Source: an uncultured delta proteobacterium (GTDB lineage: Bacteria; Myxococcota_A; Polyangia; Palsa-1104). From it: a stretch of 64,000 nt of DNA. Shown here piece by piece: positions 24,522 through 33,793 of the stretch (positions are counted from its first letter, which is position 1; every line of letters starts with the position of its first letter). A model generated the notes under the pieces. That model did not search any database and was not told the origin of the DNA. It saw nothing but the letters and a program-made list of their open reading frames with translations. The DNA lies in NCBI GenBank assembly GCA_963785725.1, contig CAWAWS010000007.1, positions 832,001-896,000 of the forward strand, given 5' to 3'. A program made the translations under genes and the position numbers.

Positions 24522-25799
24522 GTGAGCCGCGAGTCCCGTCCGCTGACGCTCATCGACTGCTTCGGGCTCGGCATCAACGGCATCATCGGCTCCGGCATCT
24601 TCCTCTTGCCGGCGGCGCTGCAGCGACGGGCGGGCGGCCATGCGCCGCTGGCGTGGCTGGCGGTCGGCGGGCTGTGCACGCTGGTCGCGCTCTGCTTCGC
24701 CGAGGCCGCCAGCCGCACCGATCGCTCGGGCGGCCCCTACCGTTACGCCACCGACGCGTTCGGGCCCATCGTCGGCTACGGCGTCGGCTGGATCACCATG
24801 ATCTCGTCGCTGCTCGGCTACGCGGCGGTGGCGCGCGGGTTCGCCGAGCACGCGGCGTGGCTGTTCGGCGGCGGCGACACGATCGGCCCGCGCGCCGCCG
24901 GCGTCGTCGTGCTCGTCGGCGGGCTGGCGGCGGTCAACATCGTCGGCATCAAGCCCTCGGCGCGCACCGGCGACGTCTTGAGCGTCGTCAAAGTGGCCGG
25001 CCTGTTGCTGTTCGTCGGCGTCGGCCTCATGCACGTCCACGGCGGCAGCTGGTCGGCGGCGCCGTCACCGGCGGCGGGCGAGCACGTCGGGCTCTTCGGC
25101 GCGGCGTTCGCCGGCCTCTTCGCCTGCACCGGCTTCGAGTACGTGCCCGTTCCCGCCGGCGAGATGCAGAATCCGCAGCGCGCCGTCGGCTTGGCCATGG
25201 CGTCGTCGGTCATCGGCGCGACGTTGCTGTACGCGCTGGTCCAGTTCGTCGCCGCCGGCACGCTGCCGTCGATCGGCGACTCGCCGCGCCCGCTCGTCGA
25301 CGCCGCGCGCGCCTTCGCCGGGCCGTTCGCCGCCGATGCCGTCGCCATCGTGGCCACGCTGTCGGCGCTCGGCTTCTGCTCGTCGTCCGCGATGGTCGTG
25401 CCGCGCTACGTCGAGAGCTTCGCGCAGGACGGCTTCCTGCCGGCGGCGCTGTCGCGGCGCGCGGCGCGCTCCGCGACGCCGGTCACCGCCATCGTCGCGG
25501 TCTCGCTCGTCGTCGCCGCGCTGGCCATGACGCTCGACTTCACGTCGCTGTCGGACGTCAGCAACGTCGCCGTCGTCGTGCAGTATCAATCGACGTGCAT
25601 CGCCATCTTGGTCTGGCGCCGCCGCGACCCAAAGCCGGCGCCGTTCCGCCTCCCACTCGGTCCGACCATTCCGCTGCTCGCCCTCGCCGGCACGCTCCTG
25701 TTCTTGGCGCAAGTGTCACGCGTCGAGCTAGCCTTCGGCGCCGCGCTCCTAGCCTGCGGCCTCACCTTCGGCTACCTCACCCGCCGTCTCCGTCGCTAG
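24522..25799 (+). CDS. APC-family amino acid permease
   Basis: GIIGSGIF, SGGPYRYA, FACTGFE, AGEMQNPQR; about 12 TM segments. Confidence 0.9.
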   Translation: MSRESRPLTLIDCFGLGINGIIGSGIFLLPAALQRRAGGHAPLAWLAVGGLCTLVALCFAEAASRTDRSGGPYRYATDAFGPIVGYGVGWITMISSLLGYAAVARGFAEHAAWLFGGGDTIGPRAAGVVVLVGGLAAVNIVGIKPSARTGDVLSVVKVAGLLLFVGVGLMHVHGGSWSAAPSPAAGEHVGLFGAAFAGLFACTGFEYVPVPAGEMQNPQRAVGLAMASSVIGATLLYALVQFVAAGTLPSIGDSPRPLVDAARAFAGPFAADAVAIVATLSALGFCSSSAMVVPRYVESFAQDGFLPAALSRRAARSATPVTAIVAVSLVVAALAMTLDFTSLSDVSNVAVVVQYQSTCIAILVWRRRDPKPAPFRLPLGPTIPLLALAGTLLFLAQVSRVELAFGAALLACGLTFGYLTRRLRR

Positions 25800-25831
25800 C
25801 GGCGCGAGCCAGCGCAAACTCCCCAGCCGAG

Positions 25832-26087
25832 CTCCGCGCCCGCGGCGACTCATCGGCAACTCCGCGGCCCGCGGCGACTCATCGGCAACTCCGCGGGCCA
25901 GCGCCGACTCCTCGGCAACTCCCAAGCCAGAGCGGAGACAAACTGGGCGCGGGCGAGTTGTCTTGCGCAGCCCGTAGGGCGAGCACTGTCTGAGCCCGCG
26001 CCCAGTTTGTCGGAGCGACCGGCGAGCACTGTCTGAGCCCGCGCCCAGTTTGTCGGAGCGACCCGCGCCCAGTTTGTCGGAGCGACC
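25832..26087. repeat. Compound intergenic repeat: about 3 x 29-bp unit, then 2.5 x 43-bp unit with an inverted 18-bp copy
   Basis: CCGCGGCGACTCATCGGCAACTCCGCGGC tandem; GGCGAGCACTGTCTGAGCCCGCGCCCAGTTTGTCGGAGCGACC at 25978 and 26021 plus a partial copy at 26064; inverted GACAAACTGGGCGCGGGC at 25937. Confidence 0.85.
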
Positions 26088-26135
26088 GTGATCTCGCATA
26101 CGTGCTTCGATCGACCTCTTGAGGTAACATCAGGG

Positions 26136-26630
26136 TTGGTGGAAACCGAACGTCTGGCAGCGTTGGCGCAGGCCACTACGCGCGGTGAGTTCGTGGCGAA
26201 GGTCCCGGCGAGCTTTTTGGTGCTCGAACAGGAGATCTTCGATCAGGAGCAGGTTGGCTTTTCGACGCGCATTCTCGACCCGGCCGCGGCGCGACGGGCG
26301 GCGCAGCGCGGCGCGTCGGCGAACCTCGAGGTGCTGCCGATCGCCAAGAATCCGGCGAATCCCTATCCCGATCGCGTGTCGGTCGGGCGGGCGCGCAACT
26401 GTGACGTCGTCATGCGCGATCCGTCGGTGTCGAAGCTGCACGCGCACTTTCGCATCGGCGGGCCCAAGCTGGAGCTGGTCGACATCGACTCGCAGAACGG
26501 CACGCGCGTCAACGGCAAGCAGATCCCGGCGCATCAGCCGATGGTCGTGTCCTTCGGCGACTCGATCTGGTTCGGCACCGTCACCTGCCGGCTCGTCGAC
26601 GCCTCCGCTTTGTACGATCTGCTGCGTTGA
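26136..26630 (+). CDS. FHA domain protein
   Basis: VSVGRARNCD...SVSKLHA...DSQNGTRVNG; start codon uncertain. Confidence 0.85.
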   Translation: MVETERLAALAQATTRGEFVAKVPASFLVLEQEIFDQEQVGFSTRILDPAAARRAAQRGASANLEVLPIAKNPANPYPDRVSVGRARNCDVVMRDPSVSKLHAHFRIGGPKLELVDIDSQNGTRVNGKQIPAHQPMVVSFGDSIWFGTVTCRLVDASALYDLLR

Positions 26631-26643
26631 GGACGCGGCGGCG

Positions 26644-28338
26644 TCATTCGGCGGTCGCCAGCCGCAGGCGGATGGTCACCGTGGTGCCGCCGTCGGGCGG
26701 GCAGTCGATCTCGATGGCGCCGCGATGCTCCTCGATGATGCGATGAACGGTCGCCAAGCCGAGGCCGGTGCCGCCCTCTTTCGTCGAGAAGAACGGCTCG
26801 AACACGCGCGCGCGATGCTCGACCGAGATGCCGGGCCCGCGATCGCGCACCCGCACCACCGCCTCGTCGCCGTCGGCGCGCGCCTCGACGGTGATGGGCT
26901 GACCCGGCGCCGCCTCGGCCGCGTTGCGCAAGAGGTTCCACACGACCTGCCGCAGCTGCGCCGCGTCGGCGTCGACCGAGACCGCGGCCGGCGCCACCAG
27001 CTCGACGTGCGCGCCGACCATGCGCTTGTCGTTCTCGAACACGAGCAGCATCTCCTGCAGCGTCGCCGCCACGTCGAGCCGCTGCGGCTCCAGCGTTCGC
27101 GGCCGGGCGAAGCCGAGCAGGTCGGTGATGAGCCGATTGAGCCGCTCCGTCTCGCGCAGGACGATCGACATGAGCTCGCGGTTCTCCTTCGCCGCGTCAT
27201 TGGGAAGCGACTGCGACAACAGCTCGATCGAGCCCGAGATCGCCGCCAGCGGATTGCGGATCTCGTGCGCCACGCCGGCCGCCAGCCGCCCGACCGCCGC
27301 CAGCCGCTCGGCGCGCAAGACGGCCGCCTCCAGCCGTCGCACCTCGGTCAGATCCTGGAAGTTCAAGATGCGCCCGATGAGCTTGCCGTTGGCGTCGACG
27401 AGCGGCGACACCGAGACGCCGAGCGTGCGCTCCTCGACCACGCCGTCGCGCGTGACCGGCTGCAGCGCGTGGCCGCGGCGTAAGGCGCCGTCGCCCGCCG
27501 AGGCGATGAGCGCGTCGAGGCCGGGCATGACCTCGTGGATCTTCTTGCCGACGGCGCCGATGGCGCTGCGGCCGGTGATCTCGGCGGCGGCGGCGTTGAA
27601 CGTGAGCACGCGCTCGTCGCGCCCGATCGTCACCAGGCCCGACGTGAGGCCGCGAATGACGTCGGCGTGCAGCGCGGCCAGGTCGCGCAGGAGGTTGCCT
27701 TGCGACTCCAAGCTCTCGCCGGCGCGGCGCAGCTCCGCCGACAGCCGCGTCGCCAGCGCGCCCGTCGCCGCGAAGGCGATGCCGTTGACGGCGAGCGTGC
27801 GGATGAGCGTGCGCAGTGGCAGCCCGCCGCCGCCCCAAGAAGCGACCAACGCGTCGGCCACATAGAGCGCGATGGCCGCCGCCGTCACCGCCAGCGCGCC
27901 GCGGCCGAGCAAGAACGCGGCGCCGACGATGACGAGGATGTACATGAACGCGAAGGCGCTCTCGGGCCCGCCCGTCAAATGCACGAGAAACGTCGTCAGC
28001 AGCAAGTCGCTGGCCAGCTGCGCGACGGCGAGCGGGCCGAAGCTGCGCGCCCGCTGCAGGAGGAGCGCGAACACGATCGTCAGCGCGTAGGTGCCGGCGA
28101 TGAGCGCGAACAGCGCGCCGACGACGGGCGCGCGCTCCGAGCCGAGCGGCGCGCCCAACTCCGCGACGAGCGCCGCCGCCAGCAGCAGCGTCACGAGGCC
28201 GACGCGCACGGCCATGACGTAGGTCAGCCGCGTGCGCCCGGCCGGCGCGAACGGTCGCGACGGATCCGGCTGCTCGATGCGATGGTCCGTGGAAGCGGGC
28301 GATTCGGGCGACGGTCGCGCCGGCGCGGCCGGGATCAT
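26644..28338 (-). CDS. pilS: Membrane PAS sensor histidine kinase PilS
   Basis: About 6 TM segments, PAS, AHEIRNPL, NLLRNA and FFSTKEGGTGLGL; directly follows pilC. Confidence 0.85.
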   Translation of the reverse strand: MIPAAPARPSPESPASTDHRIEQPDPSRPFAPAGRTRLTYVMAVRVGLVTLLLAAALVAELGAPLGSERAPVVGALFALIAGTYALTIVFALLLQRARSFGPLAVAQLASDLLLTTFLVHLTGGPESAFAFMYILVIVGAAFLLGRGALAVTAAAIALYVADALVASWGGGGLPLRTLIRTLAVNGIAFAATGALATRLSAELRRAGESLESQGNLLRDLAALHADVIRGLTSGLVTIGRDERVLTFNAAAAEITGRSAIGAVGKKIHEVMPGLDALIASAGDGALRRGHALQPVTRDGVVEERTLGVSVSPLVDANGKLIGRILNFQDLTEVRRLEAAVLRAERLAAVGRLAAGVAHEIRNPLAAISGSIELLSQSLPNDAAKENRELMSIVLRETERLNRLITDLLGFARPRTLEPQRLDVAATLQEMLLVFENDKRMVGAHVELVAPAAVSVDADAAQLRQVVWNLLRNAAEAAPGQPITVEARADGDEAVVRVRDRGPGISVEHRARVFEPFFSTKEGGTGLGLATVHRIIEEHRGAIEIDCPPDGGTTVTIRLRLATAE

Positions 28339-29555
28339 CCCGACTTGATGTTGCCGGCCATTTCGAAGATCGGCAGATACATGGCGATGATGAGACCGCC
28401 GCAGATTCCGCCGAGGAACACCATCATCAGCGGCTCCATCAGCTTCGTCAGCGCGCCGACGGCGACGTCGACCTCGTCCTCGTAAAAGTCGGCGACCTTT
28501 TGCAGCATCGTGTCCATGGCGCCGGTCTGCTCGCCGACGCCGATCATCTGCACGACCATCGACGGGAACACTTTGGTCTCCGCCAGCGGCTCGGCCATGT
28601 TCTTACCTTCCGAGATCTTTTGTCGCGCATACATGATCGCGTCGTGAATGACGACGTTGCCGGCGGTTTTGGCGACGATCTCCATCGCGTCGAGAATGGC
28701 GACGCCCGAAGCCAAGAGCGTGCCCATCGTGCGCGTAAAGCGGGCCACGGCCACTTTGCGCATGACCGGCCCGATAATCGGTGCCTTTAGGAGAACCCTA
28801 TCGAAGATGGCGCGGCCGCGTGTCGTTCTAATGGCAGACGAAAAGGCGACGATGGTTCCGATTATCGATCCGACGATCAAGAATGCGTGATCGACGAATG
28901 CATTCGAAATATTGATGACGATCTGCGTCGGCTTCGGTAACGCGCCGCCACCGAAGTCTTTGAACATGTTTTCGAAGACGGGGATGACCTTCCACAACAG
29001 CACGATGACGACGATGATGGCGACGGCCAAGATCGAGATGGGATAGACCATCGCGCCTTTGACCTGGCTCTTGAGCTTCATGGCCTTTTCGATATAGAGC
29101 GCCAATCGACTCAAGATCGTGTCGAGAATACCGCCGACCTCGCCCGCTTGAACGAGGTTGGTATAGAGGTCATTGAAGACGTTTGGATGTTTCTTGAGCG
29201 CGTCGGAGAACGTCGATCCCGATTCGACCTGCGCTTTGACGTCGTACAGGCACTTCTGAAAGTTCTTGTTCGGCGTCTGCGAAGCGAGGATCTCCAAGCA
29301 CTGAACGATGGGCAAGCCGGCGTCGATCATGGTCGCGAACTGGCGCGTAAAGACGACGAGGTCTTTCTCCGGGACGCCTTGACCAATGCCGAATGGCAAT
29401 TTGATCTCGAGGTCCTTGGCCTTCTTCTTGGCTTTGGACAGCGTAATGCCCTGCGCGCGTAAGCGATTGGCGACTTCGGGCTCGGCTTCGGCCTCCATCG
29501 TCCCCTTACGGACTTCGCCGGCGCGCGTGCGTCCTTCCCATGCGAACTGCGACAT
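28335..29555 (-). CDS. pilC: Type IV pilus inner membrane platform protein PilC
   Basis: FTRQFATMIDAGLP, AGEVGGILD, VGEQTG, AMYLPIF. Confidence 0.96.
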   Translation of the reverse strand: MSQFAWEGRTRAGEVRKGTMEAEAEPEVANRLRAQGITLSKAKKKAKDLEIKLPFGIGQGVPEKDLVVFTRQFATMIDAGLPIVQCLEILASQTPNKNFQKCLYDVKAQVESGSTFSDALKKHPNVFNDLYTNLVQAGEVGGILDTILSRLALYIEKAMKLKSQVKGAMVYPISILAVAIIVVIVLLWKVIPVFENMFKDFGGGALPKPTQIVINISNAFVDHAFLIVGSIIGTIVAFSSAIRTTRGRAIFDRVLLKAPIIGPVMRKVAVARFTRTMGTLLASGVAILDAMEIVAKTAGNVVIHDAIMYARQKISEGKNMAEPLAETKVFPSMVVQMIGVGEQTGAMDTMLQKVADFYEDEVDVAVGALTKLMEPLMMVFLGGICGGLIIAMYLPIFEMAGNIKSG

Positions 29556-29601
29556 TGTTAGGTCCTATCTCCTTGCACGCGCCGCTTGTTCGATATCGAC
29601 T

Positions 29602-30708
29602 TCATCCGCGCGACATCGAGCGCTGGCCCGGCGGAATCGTCGTGCCGCCGTTGCTGATCATATTGCGCAGCTCGTCGGGATCGGAGCTGTATTCGATCGC
29701 CAGCTCCATCGAGATCTGCTTCTTGGCGATGAGCGAATAGAGGCACTGATTCGCCGTCTGCATTCCGTGCTTCGACTGTCCGAGCTGCATCTGCGAATAG
29801 ATCTGGTGAATCTTGTCTTCGCGGATGAGGTTACGAATGGCCGGCGTCGGAATCATGACCTCGAGCACGAGCGCGCGTCCGCCCGACGGCTTGGGCACGA
29901 GCGACTGCGACAAAACGCCCTCCAAGACCATCGACAGCTGCGCGCGAATCTGCGGCTGTTGATAAGCGGGGAACGCGTCGATCATACGATTGATGGTCGA
30001 GACACAGCCGTTCGTGTGCAGCGTGCCGAAGCAGACGTGGCCGGTCTCGGCGATCGTCAGCGCCGCTTCGATGGTCTCCAGATCGCGAAGCTCACCGACG
30101 AGAACGACGTCGGGATCCTGACGCAAAATCGACTTCAGCGCCTTCTTGAACGAGTGCGTATCCGAGCCGACTTCACGCTGATTGATGATGCAGTTCTTGT
30201 GTTCATGTAAGAACTCGACTGGATCTTCGATCGTCACGATATGGCCGTGATCGTCGACGTTGATCTTGTCGATCATCGCCGCCAGCGTCGTCGACTTACC
30301 GGAGCCGGTCGGCCCGGTCACGAGAATGAGCCCGCGCGGCTTCTTGCACAGCTCGCCGACGATGGGCGGCAAGCCGAGCTCGTCGACACTGCGAATCTTG
30401 AATGGAATCAGACGAAACGAGCCGGCGACCGCGCTCTGCTGCACGAAGATGTTGGCGCGAAAACGAGCCAGCCCTTTGATGCCGAACGACAGATCGAGCT
30501 CGTTGTGCTCTTCGAAATGCGCCTTTTGCGCGTCGGTCAAGACCGAATAGCAAATCGCCTTCGTCTCGTCCGCCGTCAGCGGCTCGGTCTTGAGCTTGAC
30601 GAGGTTGCCGTCGAGGCGAATCTGCGGCGGCGAATTCTTGGTGATATGCAGATCGGACGCGCCATTGTCGACCATCGTCTTCAAGAGCTGCTGCAAAGAC
30701 GGAGGCAT
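29602..30708 (-). CDS. pilT: Type IV pilus retraction ATPase
   Basis: GPTGSGKSTT, TIEDPVE, LRQDPD, AETGH, AIRNLIRE. Confidence 0.96.
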   Translation of the reverse strand: MPPSLQQLLKTMVDNGASDLHITKNSPPQIRLDGNLVKLKTEPLTADETKAICYSVLTDAQKAHFEEHNELDLSFGIKGLARFRANIFVQQSAVAGSFRLIPFKIRSVDELGLPPIVGELCKKPRGLILVTGPTGSGKSTTLAAMIDKINVDDHGHIVTIEDPVEFLHEHKNCIINQREVGSDTHSFKKALKSILRQDPDVVLVGELRDLETIEAALTIAETGHVCFGTLHTNGCVSTINRMIDAFPAYQQPQIRAQLSMVLEGVLSQSLVPKPSGGRALVLEVMIPTPAIRNLIREDKIHQIYSQMQLGQSKHGMQTANQCLYSLIAKKQISMELAIEYSSDPDELRNMISNGGTTIPPGQRSMSRG

Positions 30709-30730
30709 TGTTCAACGAGCTCCTTGCAAG

Positions 30731-32428
30731 TTAATCGGCAACCGAGACGCGCAAGACTTCTTCGACGGTGGTGATGCCCTGCGTGAGCTTCTCGATGCCG
30801 CTCATGCGCAACGACTTCATGCCGCCGCGAATCGCCTCCGCTTTGACTTCCGTCGTCGAAGCGCCTTGCAACACGAGCTCTTTGAGCGGCTCGTTAAAGG
30901 GCATGACTTCATAAAGCGCGATTCGTCCCTTATAGCCGGTATTGCTGCAAGTACGGCAGCCCGAGCCTTTGAAGAGCTGAATCTTCTGCGCGATCTCCTG
31001 CTTTACGCCCAAATCCATGATGGCTTTGACGTTGGCTTCGACCGGCTGTTTACAGTCGACGCAGATCTTACGCGCCAGTCGTTGCGCCAAGATCAAATTG
31101 ACCGACGCCGTAACCAAGAAGGGCTCGACGCCCATGTTCAACAGTCGCGAAATCGTCGACGGCGCGTCGTTGGTATGCAAAGTCGACAACACCAAGTGGC
31201 CGGTCAATGCGGCTTTGACGGCGATCTCCGCCGTCTCGAAGTCGCGAATCTCGCCGACCATGATGATGTTCGGATCTTGGCGCAGGAACGAACGCAGCGC
31301 GGTGGCGAAGTTGAGCCCGACGTCCTCGTGCATCTGCACTTGGTTGATACCGAGCAAGTTGTATTCGACCGGATCTTCCGCGGTCGAGATATTGCGCGTC
31401 GTCTTATTGAGCTCCTGCAAAGCCGAATAGAGCGACGTCGTCTTGCCCGACCCCGTAGGACCGGTAACCAACACCATGCCGTAAGGCTGATGAATCGCCT
31501 TCATGAAGTCGGCGAGCTGCTTCTCTTCGAATCCCAGCTTCGTCATATCGAGCTGCAAATTCGACTTATCGAGCAGTCGCAAGACGATCTTCTCGCCGAA
31601 CAAGGTCGGCAAGACCGAGACGCGGAAATCCATCTCTTTGTCTTTGCCGAGCTTGAGCTTGATGCGTCCGTCCTGCGGCAAGCGGCGCTCGGAGATATCG
31701 AGCGACGCCATGATCTTCACGCGCGAAGTCACCGCGTTCTTCAGCTTCAACGGCAGCGGCGGCTGCTCTTCGTAGAGCACGCCGTCGATACGATAACGAA
31801 CACGGAAATACTTCTCGTAAGGCTCGATATGAATATCGCTGGCGCGCTTCTTGATTGCGTTCAGCAAAATGACGTTACAGAGCTTGATGACCGGCGCCTC
31901 GCCCGACGCCTTTTCCAGGTCGACGACATTGAGCGAATCATCGCCGTCGCCGCCGACCTCGACCGCGTCGGCGTCGATGTCGCCGAGCACGTCGTCGTAC
32001 GTGACCTGCTTCTCGTAATAACGGGTGATCGCCTCATCGATCGCGACTTCACTGGCGACGACGACTTCGATATTGAGACCGGTACGGAACTTCAGGTCAT
32101 CGATAGCGTAAATATTCGACGGATCGGACATGGCCACGATCAGCGTCGCGCCGGCGCGGTTGACCGGCAACAGCTGGTGACGCTTGGCCAATTCGGCCGG
32201 CACCAAGGTCAAGACATCGGGCGAGATTTCGAAATCGGCGAGATTGATCGAAGGCACTCCGTACTGCTTGGAAAGAAAAGTGGTCAGCTCCTGCTCGTCG
32301 AGGATGCCCAGCTTGGTGAGGCTGTATCCCAGACGCGCGCCACTCTTTCGCTGTTCTTCCTGTGCCTTTTGCAGCTGCGAGAGCGAGATCAGGTTCTCGC
32401 GCACAAGCAGCTCACCGAGTCGGCTCAT
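30731..32428 (-). CDS. pilB: Type IV pilus extension ATPase with N-terminal MshEN domain
   Basis: RLGELL...RLGYSL MshEN motifs; GPTGSGKT; LRQDP; tetra-Cys Zn site. Confidence 0.96.
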   Translation of the reverse strand: MSRLGELLVRENLISLSQLQKAQEEQRKSGARLGYSLTKLGILDEQELTTFLSKQYGVPSINLADFEISPDVLTLVPAELAKRHQLLPVNRAGATLIVAMSDPSNIYAIDDLKFRTGLNIEVVVASEVAIDEAITRYYEKQVTYDDVLGDIDADAVEVGGDGDDSLNVVDLEKASGEAPVIKLCNVILLNAIKKRASDIHIEPYEKYFRVRYRIDGVLYEEQPPLPLKLKNAVTSRVKIMASLDISERRLPQDGRIKLKLGKDKEMDFRVSVLPTLFGEKIVLRLLDKSNLQLDMTKLGFEEKQLADFMKAIHQPYGMVLVTGPTGSGKTTSLYSALQELNKTTRNISTAEDPVEYNLLGINQVQMHEDVGLNFATALRSFLRQDPNIIMVGEIRDFETAEIAVKAALTGHLVLSTLHTNDAPSTISRLLNMGVEPFLVTASVNLILAQRLARKICVDCKQPVEANVKAIMDLGVKQEIAQKIQLFKGSGCRTCSNTGYKGRIALYEVMPFNEPLKELVLQGASTTEVKAEAIRGGMKSLRMSGIEKLTQGITTVEEVLRVSVAD

Positions 32429-32475
32429 TCACACTCCCTGGAAGCAGATGCATACGTAGATCAGAGCGTTTAGCG

Positions 32476-32504
32476 ATGATATCAGTACGCTATAACCCGG
32501 TCAA
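32476..32504 (-). promoter_or_regulatory. Putative sigma70 promoter for pilBTCS
   Basis: TTGACC-N17-TATCAT on the minus strand, about 50 bp upstream of pilB. Confidence 0.55.
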
Positions 32505-32553
32505 GGCGGCGCTTTTAAAGGGCACGCGTAGAATGCCTAACTCCAAATGACGA

Positions 32554-33618
32554 ATGGCGGTGAATGTCGTGAATGGTAGCTCTGCAGGATCGAGAGGGGA
32601 TCGCTTTGGAACGCATCGTGTCATCGAGCCCAAAGGGGCCTTGCCGCAGGCGGCGCTCAAGCTCGATAACGACTTCAGTCGCGTCTACGAAGACGAGCTG
32701 ATCTTGGATGTCGAGCGCCTCAACATCGACAGCGCCAGCTTCGTGCAGCTGCAAGGGCAGGGCGACGTCGCGGCGCAGATCGCCGACATCGTGCGCACGC
32801 GCGGCAAGCAGCACAACCCGGTCACCGGCTCGGGCGGCATGCTGCTCGGTCGCGTCGCGCGCGTCGGCTCGGCGTTGGCCGACCTGGGCTCTCCGCTGGC
32901 GCGCTTTGCAGTCGGCGATCGGGTGGCGACGCTGGTGTCGCTGACGCTGACGCCGCTCAAGCTCGACGCCATCGAGTCGGTCGACGACAAGCGCCATCAG
33001 GTCGTCGTGCGCGGTCAGGCGGCGCTGTTTTCGTCGGGGATGGCGGCGCGCATGCCGGCCGATCTGCCGGAGTCGGTGGCGCTGTCGGCGTTCGACGTCG
33101 CCGGCGCCGCGCCGCAAGTGGCGCGGCTGACCGCGCCGGGCGCGCGCGTGCTCATCCTCGGCTGCGGCGGCAAGTCGGGCCTGCTGTGCAGCGCGGCCGC
33201 GCGTCGCGCCGGCGCCGGTCGCGTCATCGGCGTCGAGCGCAACGAAGCGGCCGCCGAAGGCGCGCGCCGGCTCGGCGCCTGCGACGAGATCGTCATCGCC
33301 GACGCCAACGACGCCGTCGGCGTGGCGGCGCTGGCCACCAAAGCGGCGGCCGGCGAGTTCGACCTCGCCGTCAGCTGCGTCAACGTCCCCGACGCCGAAA
33401 TGTCCGCGATCTTGGCCACCCGCGACGGCGGCGTCATCTACTACTTCTCGATGTCGACGTCGTTCACCAAGGCCGCGCTCGGCGCCGAAGGCGTGTCGCG
33501 CGACGTCACCATGGTCGTCGGCAACGGCTACGCGCCCGACCACGCCGAAGCGACGCTGGCCCTCCTGCGCGCCGAGCCCAAGCTCCTACAGCTCTTCATC
33601 GAACGCTACGGCAGCTAA
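32554..33618 (+). CDS. kdd: L-erythro-3,5-diaminohexanoate dehydrogenase
   Basis: GTHRVIEPKGALPQAA, LNIDSASF, NPVTGSGGML, LVSLTLTPL, FTKAALGAEG. Confidence 0.88.
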   Translation: MAVNVVNGSSAGSRGDRFGTHRVIEPKGALPQAALKLDNDFSRVYEDELILDVERLNIDSASFVQLQGQGDVAAQIADIVRTRGKQHNPVTGSGGMLLGRVARVGSALADLGSPLARFAVGDRVATLVSLTLTPLKLDAIESVDDKRHQVVVRGQAALFSSGMAARMPADLPESVALSAFDVAGAAPQVARLTAPGARVLILGCGGKSGLLCSAAARRAGAGRVIGVERNEAAAEGARRLGACDEIVIADANDAVGVAALATKAAAGEFDLAVSCVNVPDAEMSAILATRDGGVIYYFSMSTSFTKAALGAEGVSRDVTMVVGNGYAPDHAEATLALLRAEPKLLQLFIERYGS

Positions 33619-33619
33619 C

Positions 33620-33739
33620 CAAACCGTCGCCAGCGGCCCGATCGCGTCGTTGTCGCTGCGCGCCGGTGCTCACAGCCTGAGAGGCTGCTCCGCTCCGGTG
33701 CTCGCTCCGCCTAGCGCTCGGGCCGCTGGCGACGGTTTG
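33620..33739. repeat. 120-bp palindromic REP/MITE-like element, copy 1
   Basis: Perfect 22-bp terminal inverted repeat CAAACCGTCGCCAGCGGCCCGA; inner hairpin CAGCCT-GAG-AGGCTG; homologous to 49975-50095. Confidence 0.85.
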
Positions 33740-33793
33740 AAGTGATCGACGGGGTGAAAAAGGCGAGGCGAAACGAAGCGAACGAAGCGGGAG

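Noticed and set aside
25832..26087. Possible CRISPR array
   Set aside because: Repeats are directly tandem with no unique spacers, and no cas genes are present
28600..32500. Lower-GC stretches (pil and glg genes) as horizontal acquisitions
   Set aside because: They are core conserved genes with no integrase, tRNA or flanking repeats; codon bias explains them more simply
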